Shown here piece after piece: positions 46,320 to 57,295 of a DNA stretch of 64,000 nt (position 1 is its first letter; every line of letters starts with the position of its first letter). The stretch is from Macrostomum lignano (lineage: Eukaryota), in the NCBI GenBank assembly GCA_002269645.1, contig NIVC01001349.1, forward strand, positions 15,261 to 79,260, read 5' to 3'. The position numbers and the translations under genes are program-made. A model generated the notes under the pieces. That model was given only the letters and a program-made list of their open reading frames with translations. It searched no databases and was not told where the DNA came from.

Positions 46320-46574
46320 TGTGCGGATCGTTGTGGTCTAAAGCTCTCTGAGACTAAGACCGCAGTGATCATGTTCACCAGCAGGACCAAGTGGCAGATT
46401 CGGCCGCTCACGCTTTACGGAAGGGATATCCCCCTCTGCAAGCAGACTAAATGCCTAGGTATTACCCTGGACCACAGGCTGAACTGGTCACCTTACGTTC
46501 AAACAAAAGCCAAAAAGGCCTTCGCAGTCCTCACGCAATTGCGCAGGGCTGTCGGCACCACCTGGGGGCTCACC
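46320..46574 (+). mobile_element. Non-LTR retrotransposon (I/R1/LOA-like), RT C-terminal fragment, left part
   Basis: GLKLSETKTAVIMFT..KCLGITLDHRLNWSPYV..RRAVGTTWGLT; continues at 47821 as PKRLWW. Confidence 0.85.
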
Positions 46575-47820
46575 TGTTAGGCTTTCTGTTCACCGGGGTC
46601 TTAATTTGTCCGGGGGACATCGCAAAGCAAAATTATTGTCGCTTTGCGATAACCTACCCTGGATAATCCAAGGCACAACAAAATCGGGCTTTGAAATATC
46701 CTGGGTCTTAAATTGTCCGGGGTGAATAAAGATTGGGGTGGCAAGTTAGTCAAATTATTTACAAGATAAGGCGCATGTGAATGTGTGGGGCAGAAGGACA
46801 TCATTAAGCTGCTTGGAGGGGCAGATGAGATGCAGTCTAAAAATAAATCGATAATAGACTGTTGTTAAAAGTACCGTACAAGCGTACATGCCATGAATAT
46901 CAGTGTACGAGCTAATAACCCTCAAAGTAATGTGCTGCGCAAATTATAATACACCTATTCTTTCAGATAGTTGGAATATACTTCTTGTCCACGTCCTACG
47001 TTTTGGAAAAAAAATTCTTTCGGTGGCTAAAGTAACGCTAAATCAAGTGTTTTTTTCTGTTTTTAGCGACGAGCAGGTTAAGCTGCCGGAACATTCCAGT
47101 ACAAAAGAGAGATGCGAATCTGCAGAAGAGGTGGAGTTCGCGGGTCTACCAAATCATCAAATGTCTCGGCAAAAATAGCTCGTACTTATCAGCTGGCTGG
47201 TTTCTCAAAATTTGAAAACGGAAGGCATCCCAATCAAAGCATCGGAAGAATGCTGTGACTCATCAAGCTTCATTCAGCGGATCGCCAGTTTTTGATTTAT
47301 CGAATTAGATTGGTGAATGGAGTAACAAACTGTTTTTTGGTTGACAATAGTAGCTTTAATTTTAATTATTTTTGGAGTGTGGGAAATGCGAAATAGTGAT
47401 TGAAAATATACTCGGTTAAAGAAGCATGACGCAGATGTTTGCCAATTGAAAAAGTAGCAAATTTTTTCTACTTTGTGAAAATTGATTTCGAAATTTTGCT
47501 ATTCCAAACCCCGGAGATCAGTAGCCGGATGTCCTAAAGCAAACCTCTGTCTCCGCAGACAGACCCCTCTCTTTCAACCTACAGTCGGATGTCCTAAGAC
47601 AACTTCCCTTCTTGTGATCTCCGGGCCGGATAGCAGAGTCAGTGCCGTAGGATGTCCGGGAGAGACATCTCAAAGTGCCCGGACAATGCAAAGCAGCTCA
47701 AGATATCCGGGAAGGAGAAAACAAAGCAGGTTTTTTGCTGGCAGTATCCGGGCGGATATCGTAAGTGCGTTCGGATATCCGGGCCAGACAAAAAAACCCC
47801 GGATAGTCTAAAGTGTAACA
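46575..47820. mobile_element. Non-autonomous DNA transposon with TGTTA...TAACA ends (Ginger-like?) inserted in the LINE
   Basis: Interrupts the LINE between codons GLT and PKR; ~50-bp imperfect TIRs; many CCGGG/GGATRTCC subterminal repeats; target duplication 2-4 bp (CC/CACC, ambiguous). Confidence 0.7.
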
Positions 47821-48815
47821 CCCCCAAGCGCCTCTGGTGGATCCACTGTAATGGTTAGGCCCGCTATCTCGTACGGCGGCCTGATCTGGGCTAGCGCCCT
47901 GCAGATGAAGACCTGCCTGGAGGCTCTCAGGAGAGCGCAAGGGCGCGCATGTCGCACGATCATGAGCGCCCCCGTCTGCTCCTTACGATGGCCTCAACGC
48001 CTTCCTCAACATTCCCCCGCTGGACATCTTTGTCCGCAGGGAAGCGGCTAAGCCTCCCCACCGTCTGATTTACGCCAGCATTCGTTTCCTGCCCAATAGG
48101 GCCATGGCGAAGCGCAAGCTCCTGCCTCACGCCGACCTCTGCCTCAAAGACTTGAGAGACAGCGGCGGGCTCCACGTCTTATCTGACGGTGAACCCCGCA
48201 CTCTCAATCTCCTTCAGCGCTACAAGGTCACCATCCCCTCTAGGGATGCTGCCACTGACCACTGGAATTTCCAGGAGGTGCATTGGTACACGGACGGATC
48301 CATCAAAGCTATGCCGGCTTTGGGTCTGCATCACGGCTCACGACTCTACACGATCTTTCAGAAGGAAGTCCTTGCTATCAGCTCCTGTGAAGCAAAATCG
48401 GAAGGATATCCGAGCCCTTGTCATGACCTTCACTGGCCATGGCTACCTCGCTAGGTACTGCTTCCTCCTAGGCGATCTCGAGAGCGAACTTTGCCTTTTT
48501 TGCGAGTACGACAATGAAGATGCTCAGCACTTTGTTTGTCACTGCCCTTTCTTTACCAGAGACCGGCTACGCTACCTCGGGCCGAACCCGTCCATTGACG
48601 AGGTCTGCCAGCCCGACAGCATCTCACGGCTCATCCAGTTCCTTCGGGCGACAAGACGAGCCACTTTCTTCCCCACGGAAGATCACGCTGCAGGACGGAC
48701 CGGCGGACCACCCTGACCGCCCCCACGCCTCTGCCTGTCTGCGGGCCTTCAGGGGCTAGCGGAATGGGCGACCCTCACCTCCCCGTTGTGTCTACGAACC
48801 ACCCTGCAGCTAAAT
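47821..48815 (+). mobile_element. Same LINE, right part: RNase H, zinc knuckle and 3' UTR (frameshifted)
   Basis: VRPAISYGGLIWAS; WYTDGS; TIFQKEVLAI; TGHGYL..CLFCEYDNEDAQHFVCHCP. Confidence 0.88.
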
Positions 48816-48879
48816 CAAGTAAGTCTGTCTGGTTTGCTCTCATTAGGTGCCGCCCGCCGATAAAAGTGCGTCTGTCTGT

Positions 48880-49548
48880 TCGCTTTCAGAGCCTAGCACA
48901 GTGGCGTAGAGTCCTACGCAGAGTAGTGCGCGCCTGTCCCTGCCGGTAGGGTGCCTACAGCGTCAGCAGCAGCACCTCCTGCACCGGCTGCGGGCAGTAG
49001 GACTCGGCAGGGATGATGCGGCCTGGGACAGGACAGCCCTGTGCTGCCATACAGTGCCGCATTGGTGACTCGCTCTTGAAGGTGGCGCGCAGCAGGCCAG
49101 CACGCGCCGCCTCGACCTGCTGTTCGAGCGATTCCGTCAGCGTCCCGGTCTCGGCGCATTGTACAACAGGACGGTCTCGATGGGGGGGCATCAAAAACCC
49201 GAAAATCACAACTCCGAAAGTTCTAGCAATGTCCAACACTATTTTGGTTTTCGGAGTTGTGATATTTCGGGTTTATGATGTGTGTTGCTATCAATTTCGG
49301 AGTTATGATACTTCGGGTTTATGATATTTCGGGTTGGTGATATTTCGGGTTTATGATATTACAGGTTTATGATATTAAAGGTTCATGATATTTCGGGTTT
49401 ATGATGGCGACCCGTCTCGATCACCGCCAGGTAAGGCCTCGGACTGCAGGACAGCCTTCACGGAACAAGAGGCAGCTCAGGCAAGTTCACGGCGACGTCG
49501 CAGATCCTACTAGCGACCGTCAAGCACTGGAACGCCGAGGTAGACGAA
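48880..49548 (-). mobile_element. RTE-clade LINE fragment (degenerate RT C-terminus)
   Basis: FVYLG at 49548-49534; AVIETVLLYN..ETGTLTESLEQQVEAARAGLLRATF once the MITE is removed (frameshifted). Confidence 0.75.
49182..49413. mobile_element. MITE (232 bp) with 8-bp TSD
   Basis: TSD GTCTCGAT at 49174-49181 and 49414-49421; TIRs GGG..CATCA(A/T)AAACCCGAAA; internal tgatatttcgggttt repeats. Confidence 0.85.
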
Positions 49549-49666
49549 CTGACATTGTACTTAGCTCTGATTGGCTGACAGAGAAACAGCACTGACATTG
49601 TACATAGCTCTGATTTGCTGACACAGAAACAGCACTGACATTCTACTTAGCTCTGATTGGCTGACA
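49548..49666 (+). repeat. 43-bp repeat x2.7 with CCAAT box (CTCTGATTGGCTGAC)
   Basis: Units at 49548, 49591 and 49634. Confidence 0.85.
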
Positions 49667-51049
49667 AATTTACTTAACTATAGAACTAAAACAAAATTTC
49701 AAGTGATTTAAACCTTCACAGTATCCCCGTATTGCAAAATCTACTTTAATAACGAAATTTATTTGAAATTTGCTTCAATGCAAATAAACAGCTCAAAAAC
49801 AGACAATTTTTGAACAGGGAGCATGGGCTCAAGAAGCTTTGTAAGGTCACGCAGTTGAACGGGAATATAATAAAGCATTAGCCAGAATACACTGCGTCAA
49901 TGTGAACGTATAATAATGCACACTAAAGTGTCTGGGTGGATGTACTTTTGTTCATGCGAATTTCTAATTCGAGCCTTGATTTGATGTGGGAGGGCGATGT
50001 AGCTGAACTATCGGCAATGAGAAGCAGAATTTATATGCGTTCATAGTAATCCTCATTACAGTTTAACTATTAATTGTTTTTTTCCTAAAGCCACAACGGT
50101 AAAACTGATATTACTTAAGGCATTAGAAACGATCTATCTGCTTGTTAGCTAGGAAATAAACTCCGTTCAAAGTTAAGCAAATATTTTTCAGACAAAAAAT
50201 TGCTTGCAAATTTTAGGATTATTAAATATTGTCTATTATAAACGAAAAGGGGAGGGTGAAGCAGAAGACACTGTGGAACAAAGCCAACTAATTTTTTACA
50301 CTGAGAAGCAATGAGATCTTTCTTACAAACAAACGAGCGTAAAAAATCAAATTTAAAACACATTATTTACCGATGTAGTTAAGTAAAACAAACTTGACAC
50401 AACTAAGCTTTCGCCCCAAAATCTGCGTTAGAAAAGCTCATTAAATTGTCACGTTTTTTCATACAAATTGGCGGAAATTCTAACAAAGATAACTGTTTAA
50501 ATCTATTCCATTAATTTCCAAGAAAATTTACGCGCACAACCCGGAAAACACCGGAAGTTTACTATAAAAAATCCTTTTTTCCAATTCCTAATGTTTGAAT
50601 CCACAGTTTATGGGGATTAAATATTGAAATAATACACAAGATTTTGTCCGCAGTTTGCGAACAAAGCCGGTTAGCAGAGACGGTGCGCAGAAAAAAATAA
50701 TTAAAATTTGTTTAAATACGCGACTTGACCGCAGTATTAAGTCGCTTCTGGTGTCGTTAGGAGGGACAACTGTGATTAAATATGTCTTCTTTTGCGAAAG
50801 AATTGTCACTTAAAGCGAAGTAACACGTCGAATAGAAGAAAATTGCAAACACGAAGTTGGAGAATGCCGAACTCTTATTTCTAAAACAGTAGCAGAAAAT
50901 CATGAGACAGAGGACAATGATGGAGCTATGAATAAAAGATGCTGACGACCCCAAGTTTCAGGCGGAACAAATCTACTTCTATCTGGTGATCTTTTTCCTT
51001 AGTTCGAAATGGTTTTTCTGGTGCTAGGATTCTTTCAAAACCCCATCGC

Positions 51050-51153
51050 CTAGCTGTTGGCCTCATCTTCTTGATGCTGCTGCTGCTGCTCGCCATGTCC
51101 CTCTTGCTCGTGCAGCAGCCCCATCTCCTTGCGAGTTTTGTAGCCCTTGAAGC
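51050..51153 (-). CDS. Multi-IQ protein terminal exon (IQ4 end)
   Basis: catttcag| GFKGYKTRKEMGLLHEQEGHGEQQQQHQEDEANS* with TAG at 51052-51050; completes IQ4 in frame. Confidence 0.88.
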
Positions 51154-51174
51154 CTGAAATGTGCGATAGGAACT

Positions 51175-51625
51175 TTTATTGGAATGTGCAGCTGGGATCG
51201 ATTGGAATGTGCAGCTGGGATCTATTGGAATGTGCAGTCTGCTGGGATCTATTGGAATGTGCAGCTGGGATCTATTGGAATGTGCAGCTGGCTGGGATCG
51301 ATTGGAATGTGCAGCTGGGATCGATTGGAATGTGCAGCTGCGATCGATTGGAATGTGCAGCCTGCTGGGATCTATTGGAATGTGCAGCTGGCTGGGATCT
51401 ATTGGAATGTGCAGCCTGCTGATATCTATTGGAATGTGCAGCCTGCTGGGATCTATTGGAATGTGCAGCCTGCTGGGATCTACTGGAGTGTGCAGCCTGC
51501 TGGGATCTATTGGAATGTGCAGTCTGCTGGGATCTATTGGAAAGTGCAACTGGCTGGGATCGATTGGAATGTCCAGCTGGCTGGGATCTATTGGAATGTG
51601 CAGCCTGCTGGGATCGATTGGAATT
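51175..51625 (+). repeat. 27-31-bp minisatellite (TATTGGAATGTGCAGCCTGCTGGGATC)
   Basis: About 15 copies, ~20 nt from the terminal-exon acceptor. Confidence 0.95.
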
Positions 51626-52378
51626 TGCAATTCAGACTTCAATAGTATTAATGACTGCAGAGATCAATTTGAATTTTCAAGTTTTGAACGCATTGTAATG
51701 TAAGCACATTGATTGTGACTGCACAGTATCTAGTCAAAACGATGCATGTTAATTAAAACTGTAATAGAAATCAAATAAGCAGAGTAAAAGAATTAATTGA
51801 AAACAATTGCTACTGTCAGTAGTGCTACTCAAACTAGTATTATGGGGTCACAACAATCTAAATTTGCAAATTCGGCTATCTAAAAATGTTAGCATAATTA
51901 CTCTAGCTCGTAGCTAAGAGCAGCGCAATGCTCAGGAATCGAAGAGGATTTTTTTGCTTAGCGTCGGCGCACTTTCAAATTTACCTGTCATTCGATTAGT
52001 TGATATTTTTATTCGAGCACGTTCGGATTCAGTCTGCAAAGTCGGATTTCAAAATTTCTATTTTCAATCAAGTTCAAAGCAAGGACCACTGTATAACAAG
52101 ACGCGAAACTCAAAGATGGTATAATTTTTAGAGGCTGATTTCCTGGGAAAAAAAGACACTGTGGAGATTGGAAAAATCATTTTTCTTTTTCAATCACGAA
52201 ATGGGGCAGCGAAGATTACCATTACTTTAATTTAGCGTTTTCTACATTTAATTATTTAGACAGATCTAGGAATAGCTACTAAATATGCATTTAAATGTGA
52301 CTATGCCTCCAATAATGGCTTAAGGAGTCCTGCATGCAACAAGTTATGTTTTATCTTGAGTTTTGCGTTTACTAGCTA

Positions 52379-52680
52379 AGAGTTGTAGCCTAGTGATCAG
52401 AGCGTGGGACTCACGACTTGAAGGTCGGGGGTTCGATTCCCGATCCCACTCGAACGATTTGTGTCCTTGAGCAGGACACTTAATTCTGCATTGCTTCAGT
52501 TCACCCAGCTGTAAAATGGATGCCAGCATTAGCTGGGGTAATTGAGGCTGTGCGTGGCGACCCCCCAGTCCTTGGACTGAACAGCCGTACGCAGCCTTCA
52601 GATGCGCCGCGCAATAGCTGCGGCTGAGCTGTCGGTTGCACATCTGGCACAACTGGGGCAGGTGTAATCAGTTATTATTA
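52379..52680 (+). mobile_element. tRNA-head CORE-type SINE (family B) in the IQ-gene intron
   Basis: A-box TAGCCTAGTGA, B-box GGTTCGATTCC, then tgtgtccttgagcaggacacttaa..cttcagttcacccagctgtaaaatgg (resembles the MIR CORE); (TTA)n tail. Confidence 0.8.
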
Positions 52681-52805
52681 GCTGCGTCCTGTCATACTAC
52701 AGTGGTCCTTGGTTCAAAGCCGCTCAAAGAACACCCAGGAAATCGATTATTTGAAGCCTACTAAGAGTAGTCGGTCAGCGTGAGCACAGAGAAAAATGTC
52801 TTTAC

Positions 52806-52973
52806 CAGCTTGAATTTTGGCGGCCGCCGCGTTCTGCTCCTCCGCTGAGGGCTGCTCCACGTTGCCATGGAGATGGTTGCCATCCTCGGCAGCGTTGTGC
52901 CCCGTTGTCGCAGCCGACGCCTCTTCATCTTTGTGTTTCCGCAACTCCTTCACCTCTTTGCGGGCTTGCATGC
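52806..52973 (-). CDS. Multi-IQ protein exon 5 (IQ3 end, IQ4 start)
   Basis: atggcag| GMQARKEVKELRK...EEQNAAAAKIQA G|gtaaag; 168 nt, phase 1-1. Confidence 0.88.
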
Positions 52974-53057
52974 CTGCCATGGGGTTATTAGTTTTATTGG
53001 CTCCAGGACATTGAGGCATTAGTATATGGGACTTCTAACAAGTGTACTTTTCTATAC

Positions 53058-53178
53058 CTTTGAAACCGGCTTGGATCTTTGTTGCCGCCTGGTTCACGCG
53101 GGGATCGCTCTCGTCAACATCGAGATGCTCATCGGCCGAAGGATGCTGACTGTGCTGCTCTGGTTGCTGCTGAGGCTG
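53058..53178 (-). CDS. Multi-IQ protein exon 4 (acidic segment plus IQ3 start)
   Basis: gttccag| QPQQQPEQHSQHPSADEHLDVDESDPRVNQAATKIQAGFK G|gtatag; followed by an 84-nt intron. Confidence 0.88.
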
Positions 53179-53334
53179 CTGGAACGAATCGAGTTTTGGG
53201 CCTCCGATTTTCGGTGATATTCGCAAATTTCTGCACCGTTATCACCAGGTATGTATATCCTAGCTAATCCTAGATTGTACTGTCATTTTGATTACTTTAA
53301 CGGCCAGTTTTGCCACCATTTGCTGATAATTGCC

Positions 53335-53968
53335 ACCTCATCACTCCCTCCCCAGTGTCAGCAACCTACCTCATCACTCCCTTCCCCAGTGTCAGTAACC
53401 TACCTCATCACTCCCTTCCCCAGTGTCAGCAACCTACCTCATCACTCCCTTCCACAGTGTCAGCAGCCTACCTCATCGCTCCCTCCCCAGTGTCAGCAGC
53501 CTACCTCATCACTCCCTTCCCCAGTGTCAGTAGCCTACCTCATCACTCCCTAGTGTCAGTAACCTACCTCATCACTCCCTCCCCAGTGTCAGCAACCTAC
53601 CTCATCACTCCCTCCCCAGTGTCAGTAACCTACCTCATCACTCCCCTACCCAGTGTCAGTAACCTACCTCATCACTCCCTCCCTGGTGTCAGTAACCTAC
53701 CTCATCACTCCCTCCCCAGTGTCAGTAACCTACCTCATCACTCCCTCCCCAGTGTCAGCAACCTACCACATCACTCCCTCCCCAGTGTCAGTAACCTACC
53801 TCATCACTCCCTCCCTGGTGTCAGTAACCTACCTCATCACTCCCTCCCCAGTGTCAGTAACCTACCTCATCACTCCCTCCCCAGTGTCAGTAACCTACCT
53901 CATCACTCCCTCCCCAGTGTCAGAAACCTACCTCATCACTCCCTCCCCAGTGTCAGTAACCTACCTCA
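53335..53968 (+). repeat. 33-bp minisatellite containing the exon-3 5' splice site
   Basis: Unit CCCCAGTGTCAGTAACCTACCTCATCACTCCCT; on the sense strand ATGAG|GTAGGTTACTGACACTGGGG. Confidence 0.96.
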
Positions 53969-54114
53969 TGCTCCTTCGCCTCGGCCAGGTGTTTCCTAGT
54001 CTGGTAGCCCTTGAAGCCGGCCTGGATTCGCGCCGCAGCCGCCGCCTCCTCCTCAGCCGAGTGTCCGGCCGCCTCGGCCGCCAGGAGGTCTCGCTGATGC
54101 TGTTCCTCTTCCGC
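53965..54114 (-). CDS. Multi-IQ protein exon 3 (IQ2)
   Basis: ggccaag| AEEEQHQ...AAAARIQAGFKGYQTRKHLAEAKEHE |gtaggt; 150 nt, phase 0-0. Confidence 0.88.
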
Positions 54115-54989
54115 CTTGGCCGAAATGACAATCAGTTTGGGATGGTAAGCGGATAGGTAGCGAGGCATTGAAGTGGGGAGAAAAGTACGCAGAGTCGCTG
54201 CAAGAGGCGGAAGCACTCCTGGCCTCCTCATGAGGTCGGATTAACCGTTGGATAGCAGATTAAGTGCTAAATACGTAAACTACTGGATAAAGGTGCGACC
54301 AGAAATTAGTGCCAAGAAAGTACATTTTGTGTGATTAATCCCACTAGGTAGGTTTTTTTTCAACTTTCTCGCTTTGTTTTTCTATTTATCGTAGAATTAA
54401 TTTAGTTAAACAAGACACGCCTAACTCTACAAGCTCAGAAACAAAATAAAAAAGAGGCAGTTAATAAAAGCAGAACGAATGACAGGAGATTTGCTTGCTT
54501 CGCAACAAAAAATCAACAATGCAGCAAGCCAAAAGAAACGTGAACTGCGTGGGTGTTTTTGGGTTGTATTGTTTCTTTGTTTTCAGAGTTTCCTTGCAAC
54601 ACAAACTGATAGTCAGTCACGGCACATGTCAATAAGAATGGCTAGAAAGAGTACGCAAAAGAATCCAACAAGATAAAAGATTTCTGCAGAAAGAAGCCGG
54701 GGTGCTTCAAGTCACGGACGAAACTAAGACAATCTGTGTTAGACTGTGTATATATATATTGTGCTTATTGCTGCAGAGTGTTTAACTGGCAGCATTCAGT
54801 CCGGATAAAAGAGTCTGTCTTTTAATTTTGTTGATCGTCCTAAAATATTTTTTCAGTAGAGAAATGATTTTGATTCATGTCGAGAGTAGGGTGTCGAATA
54901 CTCGTATGCTAGTCATTCTGTACTGAGTTGTCTAACCCGATAGGAAGCTTTGGAGCGTTGAATTCAACCACTTCAATCCCTGCGCCTCC

Positions 54990-55470
54990 CACTTAGTCAC
55001 CCACCTCACTCCCTGCGACTCCTAGACAACCACCCACCTCACTTCCTGCCCCTCCTAGTCAAACACCCACTTCACTCCCTGCCCTTCCTAGTCAACTGCC
55101 CACCTCAATCCCTGCCCCTCTTAGTCAAACACCCACCTCAATCCCTGCCCCTCCTAGTCAAACACTCACCTCAATCCCTGCCCCTCCTAGTCAACCACCC
55201 ACCTCAATCCCTGCCCCTCCTAGTCAACCACCCACCTCAATCCCTGCCCCTCCTAGTCAAGCACCCACCTCAATCCCTGCCCCTCCTAGTCAAACACCCA
55301 CCTCAATCCCTGCCCCTCCTAGTCAAACACCCACCTCAATCCCTGCCCCTCCTAGTCAAACACCCACCTCAACCCCTGCCCCTCCTAGTCAAGCACCCAC
55401 CCACTCCCTGCCCCTCCTAGTCAACCACCCACCTCACTCTCTGCAACTCCAACTCAGCCACCCACCCCAC
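54990..55470 (+). repeat. 33-bp minisatellite (CACCCACCTCAATCCCTGCCCCTCCTAGTCAAA)
   Basis: About 14 copies. Confidence 0.95.
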
Positions 55471-56072
55471 TCCCTACCCATCCCTGCCCATTCGCGAAAA
55501 ATCCTAACTAATTGTAAGCGGCATGCTTAATTGAATACTCAAGAATAAGCTCATGCTATGTAATTCAAATAACGGTATAGAAAGATGCAAAAAAAACGCT
55601 GTGTACCCGCTGCCAGCTAATAATATTGCATACAGCATCGTCAAGCTGAGAGTAAGCAACTTGTTCGTAAAATTTCTTTGCCAAAAGAATGATCATTACT
55701 ATATTTTCTGCGCCAAGACACAATGGCCGCCATTTTAGAGAGAAAATATCTATTCATTTGCCCTCAAGTCTCTTTCATTTCTTTTCATTATTCCATCAAT
55801 CATTTTGGCAGTTATTCCGGCAGCGATTGGCCCAAAACGGAAGCGGAACTTTAGGATCAAAAGAGTCGCTACCGAAATCCTCTAGGAGGTGAGGGGAAAT
55901 GCGATTGAGGAAAAAATGGGAGGCAGACGAGGAGCCTTCGCTACGAAGCAGCATCAAGCGGCTCACACAAAACTGCAACGGCCAACAGCTAAGCTAGCAA
56001 GCCAATCCGTGCAGACGATTTGCTGAGAAACTGCACCGAGTTAGCCGGCCGAGTCTTTCACAGCCATCTCAC

Positions 56073-56234
56073 CTCCTGGTGTTGTTGTTGTTGTTGTTGC
56101 TGGTGCTGCCTTCTCTCCTGCAGCGACTGGCGGGTTTTGAAGCCCCGGTAACCCGCCTGAATTGTTTCAGCCGCTGCCGCCGTTTCCGCGGCGTCCCGCT
56201 CTGGACTGGACGCCGGCAGGCCCTCAAACAATCT
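56073..56234 (-). CDS. Multi-IQ protein exon 2 (IQ1)
   Basis: ctgacgcgcag| RLFEG...AAAETIQAGYRGFKTRQSLQERRQHQQQQQQQHQE |gtgaga; 162 nt, phase 0-0. Confidence 0.88.
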
Positions 56235-56427
56235 CTGCGCGTCAGCGAATGCGAGCCAGTTCAAAGTCCGAGTGCATCAAGCGGGTGGCTAATCTCACTG
56301 ATTTGAGATTGTGCATTCAGCTAATTTCTATCTTGTTTATTAGATAGTTAAGAAGGCTGAGAAGAGACATGCCAACTCTGTTCTTTTCTAATAGCAATTC
56401 TTTCAGCCCTTGAAATCTTAAGGCCTG

Positions 56428-57295
56428 AGCCATTCCGACACCCACCTCACTCCCCTGTCTGTCCTGGGCCATTCCGACCCCCTCCTCACTCCCCTGCCTG
56501 TCCTGGGCCATTCCGACACCCTCCTCACTCCCCTGCCTGTCCTGGGCCATTCCGACACCCACCTCACTCCCCTGTCTGCCCTGGGCCATTCCGACACCCA
56601 CCTCACTCCCCTGCCTGTCCTGGGCCATTCCGACACCCACCTCACTCCCCTGCCTGTCCTGGGCCATTCCGACACCCACCTCACTCCCCTGCCTGTCCTG
56701 GGCCATTCCGACACCCACCTCACTCCCCTGCCTGTCCTGGGCCATTCCGACACCCACCTCACTCCCCTGCCTGTCCTGGGCCATTCCGACACCCACCTCA
56801 CTCCCCTGTCTGCCCTGGGCCATTCCGACACCCTCCTCACTCCCCTGCCTGCCCTGGACATTCCGACACCCACCTCACTTCCCTGCCTGTCCTGGACATT
56901 CCGAAACCCTCCTCACTCCCCTGCCTGCCCTGGACATTCCGACACCCTCCTCACTCCCCTGCCTGCCCTGGACATTCCGACACCCTCCTCACTCCCCTGC
57001 CTGCCCTGGACATTCCGACACCCTCCTCACTCCCCTGCCTGCCCTGGACATTCCGACACCCACCTCACTCCCCTGCCTGTCCTGGACATTCCGACACCCT
57101 CCTCACTCCCCTGCCTGTCCTGGACATTCCGACACCCTCCTCACTCCCCTGCCTGTCCTGGACATTCCGACACCCTCCTCACTCCCCTGCCTGCCCTGGA
57201 CATTCCGACACCCTCCTCACTCCCCTGCCTGCCCTGGACATTCCGACACCCTCCTCACTCCCCTGCCTGTCCTGGACATTCCGACACCCACCTCA
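56428..57295 (+). repeat. 39-bp minisatellite (CATTCCGACACCCACCTCACTCCCCTGCCTGTCCTGGGC)
   Basis: About 22 copies. Confidence 0.97.

Noticed and set aside
52379-52450. tRNA gene
   Set aside because: A/B boxes are present but the anticodon stem does not pair and a SINE body follows; it is a SINE head.
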